This document shows, piece after piece, positions 29,801 to 38,967 of a DNA stretch of 64,000 nt; within the stretch, counting starts at the first letter, position 1, and every line of letters starts with the position of its first letter. A program made the position numbers and the translations under genes. The stretch covers positions 168,029 to 232,028 of IMG/VR virus record IMGVR_UViG_3300030329_004647, one strand, 5' to 3'. The notes beneath the pieces were generated by a model. That model saw only the letters and a program-made list of their open reading frames with translations, ran no database searches and was not told the DNA's origin.

Positions 29801-32800
29801 GCTGACAATTGGGACGACGCTATAAACAGTGGTACTTTAGGATATTTTAACACAAGTATTAACACAGGTACAGGTCCTGAATTTCTATATACGGATTCAA
29901 TAATGGGATTAGGTTTTTCATACACCTTACCAGACGGAACAATAGCTACAGGAGATAATGGGTCAGAAATATCTTTAGGGATATATCCTAAGTTAATGGC
30001 CGCAGCTCATTATATGGTTACAGGTCAAGACGTTTTAAGTCCAGTAGTTGATGACGCAACATTACTTAATAATTTTAATATTAGTTCAGGTTTTAGTGTT
30101 AATGTTATAAAAGAAACTGACGCGTCATTTAATGCCAACAACCAACAAGTAAATTACTATACAACCTATGGTACAGGAAATTCAGTTACCGTACAATCCA
30201 CCATAGACACAGCGGTAAGTACAGCAGGAGTTCCTTCTGGTGATTATTATATTTTATATCCGTCAGCTGGTGGAATGTTATCTAACGAATTTGAGTCTGC
30301 CGCTGGAGTTACATCCTATAACAATCAAGTAGGTGGACACAACGGTTCCGTGAGATTTTTATGGTCGTTACCACAGTATGGTTATTTTTCAGGTGACACC
30401 TTCCCAGCTAGAGACCAATACTATAAGAAAATTTTTAATGACAAAGACGAACAAGATATTTTCGCTATAAGTAATGGTGGTACCGAATTGACGCAAAGAT
30501 ATTCTTATATTGATGAGTTACTAGCTGTATTTCCTACAGAAGTATTAAATTATTTTGAGGATATGTTTAAAAATTTCTGTCAAAGAAGAAACCCTTCTAC
30601 AGAAGAGATTGAAGGAGAATATACTAGTCTACACCAAGTTTTAGGACAAATACTATATGTTCCTTTAAGTGATGTTAAATTGCCAGACCAAGGAACGGGT
30701 AAGTTTACCTCTAATATTGCAGCGGCACAACACAAAAAAGCTATTAATATACTAGAAACCTTTACTCAACAAAAAGTGTTTTATAAAAAAGGGTCAGTAA
30801 ATAATCTAGATAACGTTATAAATATTGACGGTAACCCCATACAATCTTATCAAGCTTTGGTTTACTTATTAAGAGCTAATGGTACTAGTTCTATGTCTCA
30901 ATTACCAGAAGCTATACAACAAAGTTGGGACCAACCATTTAAAGATATTTTCTTCCCGTATAACAATAATTTACCACCCGACATACCCTTAGCAACCTTT
31001 ATGGTTAATAATCCAGGATTATATTCTACTTTTCAGTATTATTTCCCATCAGCTTTTGGGGGGATAGATATGGTGACCGTCACCAACTCACCGGTATATG
31101 AGTTTTTTAGAGAAATAAATATAGCACCAACAGAAGAAAATGTACCGCTATTTGCCCCAATTATAAGAACATATTATTCTAATGGTAATAACTTAGAAAG
31201 TTTGGGTGAACTAGAAACTACATTATCACAAACACAAAATCAGTACCTAGAACAACTTTTTAATAACTTAAAAAAAATAGAGCCAGATACAAAAGAGGAA
31301 GATGCTATTATTGAAGATGACAGACCACTAATTGTGGCGGACAATTTAAAATTAGAACTATACCAATCCTTCAAACACCTTAATGACGCTTGGATTGCTG
31401 GATTAACTGGTTTGGAAGATAGGACATTACTTGAAAAATTTTATTTTTTAGATAGAGCTAATGAGGATATTGGTGACGAAGCTGTAATTGATATTTTTAT
31501 TATGCAACAATTAGGTAATCCATTTACACCAGACCCTAGTGCATCAGTAGATAGAACTTTAAACAGTTTTCTAAGTAAAATAGCGATGGACAATAACTTC
31601 TTAAAGTTAGACTTACCTTCATATATTAACTTTTTTGGTGTGGGTGACGCAAATTCAAGCTCTCAAGGAAACGCTATGTTTGGTACTTTTACTGAAGTCG
31701 ACACAACTAAATCTGGTCCAGTATTTCTTTACATCTATATCGGAGAAGAATCAACACACTTATCTGTAAAAACGGATAATTATGGATTTAACAACGATTC
31801 TTTTGATTTAAATAAAACAACCCCTAATCCGTTGGTAAGAACAACACCATTAAGCCCAGAAAAACAAGCTAGAAGTAACGCGATAATGGCATACACAGTT
31901 GATTTTGGAATACCTAATCAAAATGTTTTTACTAGTATAAATTTAGACCAATCACAAAGTGAAAATACCTCAGAAAGTTATATTGTTCTAGATGATTTAG
32001 CTTTAGCGGGTGGTGGTAAAAATGTATCTACTAACTCATTAAATTTATTTAACGTTTATAAAACTAGGTCTTACAACTGTTCGGTAGAAGCTATGGGATG
32101 CGCGTTAATACAACCAACCCAATATTTCCAACTAAGATACGTTCCTATGTTTTCTGGTGTTTACATGATTAAAAGCGTTGAACACAGTATAGCTCCAAAT
32201 ACGATGACTACTAAGTTTGAGGGTGTTAGAATACCGATACCAAATCTACCTAAAGTAACTGATTTAATAACTAGAGTACAAACTAGTTTACTAGAAAAAG
32301 TTAAGAGTGCTGTTGAAAAAGCAGACTCACCAGAAGAAGTTCCAGGTGACATGTTTGATTTTACCGAAGAAGAATTAAATCGTGGACCAGAAGAAGAAGG
32401 CGGACCAACTAATCAAACAGCACCAATTGCTGGAATAACCTTTAGTGCACCTGTTGATATTTCTAAAGTTGAAGACCCTAGAACTATTGATAGTAGTAGA
32501 GTTTCAGGTGGCCCAGAAGTGGGAGACCCAAGAAGTGGAGGTAGAGTACATAAAGGTGTGGACCTATATCCTAAAACCGATTTCATGGGTGAAGAACTTG
32601 AAATTACTGCAGCACATAGTGGTAAAATAACCAAAATTGTTAGAAATTGTCTAGATGATAACACAGTTGGTTCTTGTGGTGGAGGTTATGGAAATCACGT
32701 CAGAATTGTAAGAGAAATTGTAGAATGGCCAAGTAATGTTACCTTAGCAGAAGGTACTATAATAAAGGTTGAGACAAGATATTGTCACCTAAAAAGAGGT

Positions 32801-32995
32801 AGTGTAGCCGCTGGTTTAAGTGAAGGTCAAGAAATAAATGATGGTGTATTTTTAGGTCACATGGGAGCTACAGGAAACGCTTCACCTGGTAAAGAACACC
32901 TACATTATGAAGTAAGGGTCACCAAATTAAATAGTAGATTAGCCCCTATAACTAAAGTAGCTGACCCGCTAGAAGGATATATTCCTGGACTATAA
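26885..32995 (+). CDS. Giant baseplate hub protein (gp27/VgrG-like) with C-terminal M23 peptidase
   Basis: Hub-type GITSINV...PEVTINFTDIRG and TRSYNCSVEAMGCALIQPTQYFQL...GVYMIKSVEHSI. C-terminal HKGVD...GGYGNHV...RYCHL...GHMGATG...HLHYEV is the M23 Zn motif. Confidence 0.8.
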   Translation: MSISGNEDILTEKIGGNLTVINPNKVITNKGVKDRLVNHEDLVIYANLVAKIVPRSKILLGDADTESEVAIDLFGGEVNFLKPKGKKSLDSSWTEAFTNPDFNKITYSENEDFAQTGAYTKSLKEAEDFQGFGITSINVVINQSFVPEVTINFTDIRGKTLFEQGDTGGPYTAFFHMPYPVFHLTLKGYYGTAVKYQLKLMKFNAAFDSSSGDYNITCKFIGNHSALLNDLNLHQAMIAPYMYPSPTRGEGGVSTGLGMQIMNEVYQTYEDRGLIKKDFPRYTIFALMNKVNQFETELASNFKKEDLQFMDDKKTYQDELTKFYNSIFGTGQWFDTFLDKTTATVIPTNVTASAGTENIVAYQLLDATDSGVAAANDAWVKRKDTYVERLNSNLTFGETGQRPITVSGRFDVSHQIASGTSSTLEGPYWYIVDKKSESFGIQWLNVQKEFEKNFNELQTEVSKNLNKTFVETLGFYPSIRNLHAVILAGSDTFIRLLDRVHTEAFKQRNNQKRLRVLVPEDVKNEEKTVFPWPIYYEETEDNERILQYPGASKSLSITGAYDAKLWPEVEFVEEYTKASAFHTESINAPFENQFVTIDYIPLSVREFPFDNEVYGQSAVDKMVMEIYDRSFDLLNYGSLTWQNRSSDVIPAIQELAQYDAEVLEKRIKLNSNLATFFGNSTVTDINSIFEYFNNEKGQDVILRWQLGLPNTSYISQRNIEGKNIPGTNYGVYPGYISFIQLVETKPYTQVLNYIHDQKSDSTFDMYPLRWDMGSAWIQETLANGQTADEGSFYTTKEIQLDPEAKLFSTQNLKYFLCNHHVINEDPTNESIINDEIISTKDLKTKEEWESHYQGTDGKQIKHITEGLNHSGDYTKVLSLFNTPYFANALAKGYIEKDQPGAFLNLGYMFLQSLPIATTKEKMLWSPGNYGSYISQILNQLAAHHQIPLAFALKIGSIWWRYKTAGITNPDTDADNWDDAINSGTLGYFNTSINTGTGPEFLYTDSIMGLGFSYTLPDGTIATGDNGSEISLGIYPKLMAAAHYMVTGQDVLSPVVDDATLLNNFNISSGFSVNVIKETDASFNANNQQVNYYTTYGTGNSVTVQSTIDTAVSTAGVPSGDYYILYPSAGGMLSNEFESAAGVTSYNNQVGGHNGSVRFLWSLPQYGYFSGDTFPARDQYYKKIFNDKDEQDIFAISNGGTELTQRYSYIDELLAVFPTEVLNYFEDMFKNFCQRRNPSTEEIEGEYTSLHQVLGQILYVPLSDVKLPDQGTGKFTSNIAAAQHKKAINILETFTQQKVFYKKGSVNNLDNVINIDGNPIQSYQALVYLLRANGTSSMSQLPEAIQQSWDQPFKDIFFPYNNNLPPDIPLATFMVNNPGLYSTFQYYFPSAFGGIDMVTVTNSPVYEFFREINIAPTEENVPLFAPIIRTYYSNGNNLESLGELETTLSQTQNQYLEQLFNNLKKIEPDTKEEDAIIEDDRPLIVADNLKLELYQSFKHLNDAWIAGLTGLEDRTLLEKFYFLDRANEDIGDEAVIDIFIMQQLGNPFTPDPSASVDRTLNSFLSKIAMDNNFLKLDLPSYINFFGVGDANSSSQGNAMFGTFTEVDTTKSGPVFLYIYIGEESTHLSVKTDNYGFNNDSFDLNKTTPNPLVRTTPLSPEKQARSNAIMAYTVDFGIPNQNVFTSINLDQSQSENTSESYIVLDDLALAGGGKNVSTNSLNLFNVYKTRSYNCSVEAMGCALIQPTQYFQLRYVPMFSGVYMIKSVEHSIAPNTMTTKFEGVRIPIPNLPKVTDLITRVQTSLLEKVKSAVEKADSPEEVPGDMFDFTEEELNRGPEEEGGPTNQTAPIAGITFSAPVDISKVEDPRTIDSSRVSGGPEVGDPRSGGRVHKGVDLYPKTDFMGEELEITAAHSGKITKIVRNCLDDNTVGSCGGGYGNHVRIVREIVEWPSNVTLAEGTIIKVETRYCHLKRGSVAAGLSEGQEINDGVFLGHMGATGNASPGKEHLHYEVRVTKLNSRLAPITKVADPLEGYIPGL

Positions 32996-32996
32996 G

Positions 32997-33026
32997 TTGA
33001 CATTTTATAAAATAACAAATATTTAT
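32997..33026 (+). promoter_or_regulatory. Composite promoter: TTGACA plus TATTTAT motif
   Basis: TTGACA (32997-33002), 17 bp, TATTTAT (33020-33026); ATG at 33043. Confidence 0.5.
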
Positions 33027-33042
33027 TATAAAAAAGAGTACT

Positions 33043-33279
33043 ATGATTAATCAAGATTTAAAATCAAAGTTAGATAATTTCCTAGGAAAGGACACCAACA
33101 TATCAGAAATTTCTAGTAATCCTGAAAGTGAAGAGGTGTGTGATTTAGATACGGGTATCTGTTATACTGTAAGAACTAGAGATGGTCTTATTGAAAGAGT
33201 TGAAAATAGTGTTAGAGTTAATAGAAAAATAAATGTAGAGTCACCAAGTGGTGATGTTAAACAACTTTTAAATGGATAA
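33043..33279 (+). CDS. Hypothetical protein
   Basis: 78 aa containing EEVCDLDTGICY; overlaps the next gene by 8 nt. Confidence 0.7.
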   Translation: MINQDLKSKLDNFLGKDTNISEISSNPESEEVCDLDTGICYTVRTRDGLIERVENSVRVNRKINVESPSGDVKQLLNG

Positions 33280-34072
33280 TAATCTAAAAAACAAACTACA
33301 CGAAGAACTAAAAAGATTTAATAATATAGGAAACTATGTTAAAAATCTAGAAGAACAAATTGTATTAGGTACAGGAAGAAGTTCTGGATTCGTAGAAAAA
33401 CAAGGAAATTCACCAAGAGTAATTCAATTTGCTCAACGTCAAGAAATGGGAGAACAAGAAGAGGTAGCACCTGAAGAAGAGTTAGCGGTTGGAGACGAAG
33501 AGGTTGCTGATGAAGAATTAGCAGCTGTAGGAGATGAAGAAGTAGCAGCTGTAGGAGATGAAGAAGTAGCAGTAGGTGACGAAGCAGTTGGTGCTGAAGA
33601 AGAAGGTGACGCTGCTGTAGAAGATGAATTAGCAGTCGCAGATACAGGTGATACTGATACTGAAGATACTGTGGAAGTAGACGTTACTGATTTAGTTGAC
33701 AAACAGAAAGAAATTGAAACAGCTGTTAAAAGTAGTGAAGAAAATATTAGTGGGGCAAATGATAAGTTATCTAGTTTATTAGACAAACTAGATGAATTAG
33801 AAGGTACTTTAGCTGATATGGATTCACAATTATCTAAAATTGAAACACTAGAAAAAAAGATTGAACAATTCAGACCACGTACCGCTAGAGAAAAAGTAGA
33901 ACAAAGAAAAGATTTTGATAGTGGTCCATACAATACCTCACTTTCCGATTTTTGGCAAGAAGGACAAGAAAGATTTAAAAAACAAGGAAAAGAAGAATAT
34001 GTACTTACTCCTGATGAAGCTAAAGACTATAGTGAAACAGACATCCAACAAAGTTTTAACCCACCTAGTTAA
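33272..34072 (+). CDS. Acidic-repeat/coiled-coil protein, probable head-internal or scaffold-like
   Basis: N-terminal KLHEELKRF...NLEE, a central EEVAAVGD repeat tract, then a heptad coiled coil (KLSSLLDKLDELEGTLADMDSQLSKIETLEKKIE). Confidence 0.6.
   Translation: MDNNLKNKLHEELKRFNNIGNYVKNLEEQIVLGTGRSSGFVEKQGNSPRVIQFAQRQEMGEQEEVAPEEELAVGDEEVADEELAAVGDEEVAAVGDEEVAVGDEAVGAEEEGDAAVEDELAVADTGDTDTEDTVEVDVTDLVDKQKEIETAVKSSEENISGANDKLSSLLDKLDELEGTLADMDSQLSKIETLEKKIEQFRPRTAREKVEQRKDFDSGPYNTSLSDFWQEGQERFKKQGKEEYVLTPDEAKDYSETDIQQSFNPPS
33481..33600 (+). repeat. Coding tandem repeat
   Basis: Exact 24-bp unit GCAGCTGTAGGAGATGAAGAAGTA at 33521-33544 and 33545-33568, with degenerate flanking copies. Confidence 0.9.
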
Positions 34073-34100
34073 ATATAGACATCATTTTTACCCCAACTAG

Positions 34101-34129
34101 TTGACATTACCATAACACTTTATTATTCT
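34101..34129 (+). promoter_or_regulatory. Sigma70-like promoter for replication operon
   Basis: TTGACA (34101-34106), 17 bp, TATTCT (34124-34129); upstream of the SSB gene. Confidence 0.65.
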
Positions 34130-34186
34130 TTTTATAGATTATATTATGTATAAAAATTATGTATTAAAAAAGAAAATTAAAAAGTT

Positions 34187-35056
34187 ATGACAAATTCAAC
34201 AACAGACGCGGTTTTGCAACAATACGAAAAAAACAAAAACGCAGGGGGCTCATCTACCCAACAAAAGATGTCACAAGAAGAAAGAATGAAAAAATATTTC
34301 ACTACTATGTTACCACAGGGTGTTAGCAACGGTGAAAAAATGATTAGAATTTTACCAACAAAAGATGGTAGTTCACCTTTTAAGGAAGTTTGGTTTCACA
34401 ATATCCAGATTCAAGGAAGATGGCAAAAACTTTATGACCCAGGAAAAAATTCAGATGGTTCAGCTACAGGAGAAAGAAGTCCTCTAAATGAAGTAGAAGA
34501 AGCTTTAAGACTTGCTGGAGACGAACAATCAAAAGAATTAGCAAGACAATATCGTTCATCAAAATTTTATATTGTAAAAGTTATCGATAGAAACAATGAA
34601 GAGGATGGTGTAAAATTTTGGAGATTTAAACACAATTGGAAAGGAGATGGTGTTTTAGATAAAATTATCCCTATTTGGAAAAATAAAGGTGACGTTACAA
34701 ATCCTGAAGAAGGAAGAGACTTACTACTAACTTTACAAAAAGTTCCATTACCTAGTGGTAGAGGAGAATATACTACAGTTTCATCAATTATGTATGAAGA
34801 CCCAGCAGTATTATCTCAAGAAGAATCTAAAAAAACAGAATGGTTAGCTAATGATTTAACATGGAAAGATGTTTACGCACAAAAACCAGTAGAATTTTTA
34901 GAAGCTATATCTAAAGGATGTGAACCAGTATGGGATAATGAGTTAAAAAAATATACTTATGATGACCCATCAGCAAAAACCCAAAGTACAACCGAGGTAA
35001 CTCCATCAGCAGACCCACAAGCAGGTCAAAGTGTTGATAAGGATTTACCGTTTTAA
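34187..35056 (+). CDS. Single-stranded DNA-binding protein (T4 gp32-like)
   Basis: IRILPTKDGSSPFKEVWFH...VKVIDRNNEEDGVKFWRF...EEGRDL; acidic tail ending DKDLPF. Confidence 0.8.
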   Translation: MTNSTTDAVLQQYEKNKNAGGSSTQQKMSQEERMKKYFTTMLPQGVSNGEKMIRILPTKDGSSPFKEVWFHNIQIQGRWQKLYDPGKNSDGSATGERSPLNEVEEALRLAGDEQSKELARQYRSSKFYIVKVIDRNNEEDGVKFWRFKHNWKGDGVLDKIIPIWKNKGDVTNPEEGRDLLLTLQKVPLPSGRGEYTTVSSIMYEDPAVLSQEESKKTEWLANDLTWKDVYAQKPVEFLEAISKGCEPVWDNELKKYTYDDPSAKTQSTTEVTPSADPQAGQSVDKDLPF

Positions 35057-35068
35057 TATATTACCAAT

Positions 35069-36070
35069 ATGCCATTGAAAAAAAGAAGTTTTGCGGATAT
35101 AAAAAATAAATTTTCTAAAAAAGCTAAATTTAAACCTGATAGATTTTTTGACCTTGGACCAGCATTCCTAGACGCCACAGGAATTCCTGGTCCAGCAATG
35201 GGTCATTTACAAATGTTTTTAGGTCACTCAGATACTGGTAAAACAACAGCATTAGTAAAAGCTGCTGCAGACGCTCAGAAAAAAGGAGTATTACCAGTTA
35301 TTATTATTACTGAACAAAAATGGGGTTTTGAACACGCTAAAATGTTAGGCCTCGAATGTGAAGAAGTAGTGGACGAAGAAACAGGACAAATAGATTGGGA
35401 TGGATTTTTCTTATTTAATAATAATTTTGAATATATTGAACAAATTACCGATTATATTAATGAGTTAATGGACGCACAAGATAAGGGTGAAATTGATTAT
35501 GATTTACTATTTTTGTGGGATTCTGTTGGTTCTATACCATGTAAAATGACGTATGATGGAAAAGGAGGAAAAATGCATAACGCTGCTGTTTTAGCAGACA
35601 AAATAGGAATGGGAATAAACCAAAGAATAGGAAAGTCTAGAAGAGAAGACTCTAAATATACAAACACGCTGGTTGTCGTTAATCAACCATGGGTAGAATT
35701 ACCAGACAACCCATTTGGTCAACCTAAAATTAAAGCGAAGGGAGGTGAAGCTCTATGGTTAAACTCTACTTTAGTTTTTAGATTTGGTAATCAAAAAAAC
35801 GCTGGTACAAATAACATTTCCGCTGTAAGAGATAAAAGAAAAGTTAAATTTGCAACAAGAACAAAAATTACTATCATGAAAAATCATGTAAATGGACTAG
35901 GTTATGAAGATGGTAAGATTTTAATTGCACCACATGGTTTTCTAGCAGCAAGAGAACCTTCAGAAGAAAAAAAATCAATCGAATCATACAAAAAAGAACA
36001 CGCTGAATTTTGGTCACAACAATTAGGTGTTGGTGGTGATTTTGATTTGAAAGAAGAAAAAGAATTGTAG
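35069..36070 (+). CDS. recA: RecA/UvsX-like recombinase
   Basis: Walker A GHSDTGKTT, Walker B LFLWDSVG, VVNQ, KAKGGEAL. Confidence 0.9.
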   Translation: MPLKKRSFADIKNKFSKKAKFKPDRFFDLGPAFLDATGIPGPAMGHLQMFLGHSDTGKTTALVKAAADAQKKGVLPVIIITEQKWGFEHAKMLGLECEEVVDEETGQIDWDGFFLFNNNFEYIEQITDYINELMDAQDKGEIDYDLLFLWDSVGSIPCKMTYDGKGGKMHNAAVLADKIGMGINQRIGKSRREDSKYTNTLVVVNQPWVELPDNPFGQPKIKAKGGEALWLNSTLVFRFGNQKNAGTNNISAVRDKRKVKFATRTKITIMKNHVNGLGYEDGKILIAPHGFLAAREPSEEKKSIESYKKEHAEFWSQQLGVGGDFDLKEEKEL

Positions 36071-36089
36071 AACCCACTAATGTATAAAA

Positions 36090-37103
36090 TTGAAAACAAA
36101 AACATTAATAGTTGATGGTAATTCATTACTAAAATTAGGATTTCATGGTGTTAAATCTTTATTTGTTAAAGATAAGCACATTGGGGGTCTATTTCATTTT
36201 TTAAATACTCTTAGAAAATATATTGTTGAGGAATCTTTTAATAAGGTTGTAGTTTTTTGGGACGGTAAAAACAATAACGCTCAAAGAAGAGAAATATATA
36301 AAGAATATAAGAGTAATAGAAGAAATAGATTTAAAGACCAAGATGCAGAAAATTCATTTAACTATCAAAAAGTAAGGACTCAAGAGTATCTAGAAGAACT
36401 TTTTGTTAGACAAGGTATATTTGAAAAATGTGAAGCAGACGATTGTATAGCTTATTATTCACAAATTACCCCTAATGAAGAAAAAACCATTCTTACCGCC
36501 GACAAAGACCTAACTCAATTAATATCACCAACAGTTAAGGTTATACTAACTTCCACAGGCAAAGTTTATTCCGAAGGAGATTTAATTAAAATGAAAGATG
36601 TGAGCATACCTTCTTTTAATATTCCTTTGTATAAAATTATATGTGGTGACAGCTCAGATAATATTCCTGGTGTTAAATTAGTTGGTGGTAAAACATTAAT
36701 GAATTCTTTTCCTGAAATAAAAAATAAAAAAGTAGAAATAGAAGAAATATTAGATTTAACTTCTAAATTATTAGAAAAAAATAATAATTTTAGATTAAAT
36801 AATATTAAAAAAGGTGTAACGAGAAACGGAGAATTAGGCTCCACTCTTTATGATATTAACAAAAAATTAGTAGACTTATCAACACCTCTTTTAACAGAAA
36901 CAGCTATTAATAATATTAAATTAATATCTGAAGAAACCATCGACCCAACAGACAGGGGATGGAAAAACATTATCAAAATGATGATGGATGACGGAATGTT
37001 TGAAGTATTCCCGTCAAATGACGATGCTTGGATACAATTTATCCAACCATTTTTAAATATAATTAAAGTAGAAACTAAAAAATTTAAGAAAAATGAGAAA
37101 TAG
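36090..37103 (+). CDS. 5'-3' exonuclease/flap endonuclease (Pol I N-terminal / T4 RNase H-like)
   Basis: LIVDGNS, VVVFWDG, YKSNR, EADDCIA, TADKDLTQL, GDSSDNIPGVKLVGGKT; TTG start. Confidence 0.92.
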   Translation: MKTKTLIVDGNSLLKLGFHGVKSLFVKDKHIGGLFHFLNTLRKYIVEESFNKVVVFWDGKNNNAQRREIYKEYKSNRRNRFKDQDAENSFNYQKVRTQEYLEELFVRQGIFEKCEADDCIAYYSQITPNEEKTILTADKDLTQLISPTVKVILTSTGKVYSEGDLIKMKDVSIPSFNIPLYKIICGDSSDNIPGVKLVGGKTLMNSFPEIKNKKVEIEEILDLTSKLLEKNNNFRLNNIKKGVTRNGELGSTLYDINKKLVDLSTPLLTETAINNIKLISEETIDPTDRGWKNIIKMMMDDGMFEVFPSNDDAWIQFIQPFLNIIKVETKKFKKNEK

Positions 37104-37527
37104 TGAAAATATGGACATGACAAAATTTGAATTCCTATTAAGTATGGGAAACAATATTATATGCCAAAGATACTTTATGGTTAGGTCACACATACCCCAA
37201 TCTTTAAAGTCGGTAGATTTATATGAAGTTATAAAAGAAATTTCTGATGACATTCAAGGTACATTAAAACTAAAAACCACAGATGTTTTAGAAATTTTTC
37301 ACAGAGAAGATATGTCAAAACTTCCTACAGAATCAAGCTATTTTACGATAAGCTTAAAAAAAGAAAACGAGATAATAATGCAAAGAATATTCCCCTCAAA
37401 CCTCTATCCCCCAAAGGTGAGGTATTCTGTGGATATTAGACCACAAATTTCTTATTTTCTCCACAGGCTTACTGACGTTTTGTCACGTAAAAAATTAGAA
37501 ACAATCTACCTAGACCAGGTGATTTAA
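37093..37527 (+). CDS. Hypothetical protein in replication operon
   Basis: 144-aa ORF overlapping the exonuclease stop. Confidence 0.7.
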   Translation: MRNSENMDMTKFEFLLSMGNNIICQRYFMVRSHIPQSLKSVDLYEVIKEISDDIQGTLKLKTTDVLEIFHREDMSKLPTESSYFTISLKKENEIIMQRIFPSNLYPPKVRYSVDIRPQISYFLHRLTDVLSRKKLETIYLDQVI

Positions 37528-37536
37528 GAGAGTAAA

Positions 37537-38940
37537 ATGACTATTTATAATAACACAAATATGAGCAACGATATGACAGAAAATTTTGGATATTTAGGAT
37601 ACGTTTTCCAACAGAAACTTTTAAATATAATCATAACAGACAACTCATTTGCACAGTCAATTCTAGACGTTATTAAAGCAAAATATTTTGATAACCAATA
37701 TTTTAGATTAATAGTACAAATGATAAAAGAATATTATGAGACTTATGAAACTACACCTTCTTTTGATGGGTTAGACCAACTTACTAGGTTAGAGATTAGT
37801 TCTGAAATGGCAAGAAAATGTGTTTTTGATATGCTAAAAGAAATTAAAGACGCATCATTTGAAGACCATAACTTTATTAAAGAAAAATCTATAAAATTCT
37901 GTAAACAACAAGAACTAAAAAAGGCTATTAAAAAAGTAGAGTCTATTATGGAACAAGGAGATTTTGAAAGTTATGACAAATGTGAAGAATTTATTAGAGA
38001 TGCAATTCAAATAGGTGAAACTGATTCTAATAGCTTTGAAGTATTTAATGATTTAGAGGAAGTTTTAAGGGAAGATTACCGTCATCCTATCCCTACGGGG
38101 TTAAATGGGATAGATAATCTACTTAATGGGGGTCTAGCAAAAGGTGAAATTGGTGTTATACTAGCACCTACAGGAGTAGGAAAAACAACAATATTAACTA
38201 GATTCGCGAATACAGCTTATAATTTAGGTTATAATGTTTTACAAATATTTTTTGAAGACAATCCTAAAATCATACAAAGGAAACATTTTACTTGTTGGAC
38301 AGGTATAGTACCAGACGAACTTAGTAAACATAAAGAGGAAGTATTAAAAAAAGCTAGTGAAATAAAAAAGAATGGTGGTAGATTAGTATTAAAAAAATTA
38401 CCATCAGACGAACTAAATATATTACAAATAAAACACCAGTTAAGAAAACTTATTTCAGAAGGAATGAAAATTGACATGGTGGTTATTGACTATATAGACT
38501 GTGTCCTTCCAGATAGAAAACATAATGATGAATGGAAAGGAGAAGGTTCAGTAATGAGAAAATTTGAAGGTATGTGTCATGAATTAAATTTAGTAGGATG
38601 GACAGCTACACAAGGTAATAGGTCCTCTATTTCTTCAGAAGTTGTAACTACAGACCAAATGGGTGGTTCTATAAAGAAAGCTCAAGTGGGGCATGTCATA
38701 ATTTCAGTCGCTAAAACTCTACAACAAAAAGAAATGGGTCTAGCGACAATAGCACTAACAAAATCCAGATTAGGGCAAGATGGTATTATTTTTGAGAATT
38801 GTAAATTTGACAATTCTTTATTAGAAATAGATACCGAACAATCACAAACATTTTTAGGTTTCGAAGAAGACAAAACAGAAAGAAACCGACAAAGAGTATT
38901 AGACGCTCTACAAAGAAGAGAGAGAATAGTAAAACAATAA
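37537..38940 (+). CDS. dnaB: Replicative DNA helicase (DnaB/T4 gp41-like)
   Basis: IPTGLNGIDNLLNGGL, Walker A APTGVGKT, Walker B VVIDY, TATQGNR, KSRLG. True start may be ATG 37561. Confidence 0.93.
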   Translation: MTIYNNTNMSNDMTENFGYLGYVFQQKLLNIIITDNSFAQSILDVIKAKYFDNQYFRLIVQMIKEYYETYETTPSFDGLDQLTRLEISSEMARKCVFDMLKEIKDASFEDHNFIKEKSIKFCKQQELKKAIKKVESIMEQGDFESYDKCEEFIRDAIQIGETDSNSFEVFNDLEEVLREDYRHPIPTGLNGIDNLLNGGLAKGEIGVILAPTGVGKTTILTRFANTAYNLGYNVLQIFFEDNPKIIQRKHFTCWTGIVPDELSKHKEEVLKKASEIKKNGGRLVLKKLPSDELNILQIKHQLRKLISEGMKIDMVVIDYIDCVLPDRKHNDEWKGEGSVMRKFEGMCHELNLVGWTATQGNRSSISSEVVTTDQMGGSIKKAQVGHVIISVAKTLQQKEMGLATIALTKSRLGQDGIIFENCKFDNSLLEIDTEQSQTFLGFEEDKTERNRQRVLDALQRRERIVKQ

Positions 38941-38967
38941 AAATAAAATAAATAATAAAATTAAAAT

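Noticed and set aside
33481-33600. CRISPR array
   Set aside because: Repeats are contiguous in-frame coding units without unique spacers; no cas genes seen.
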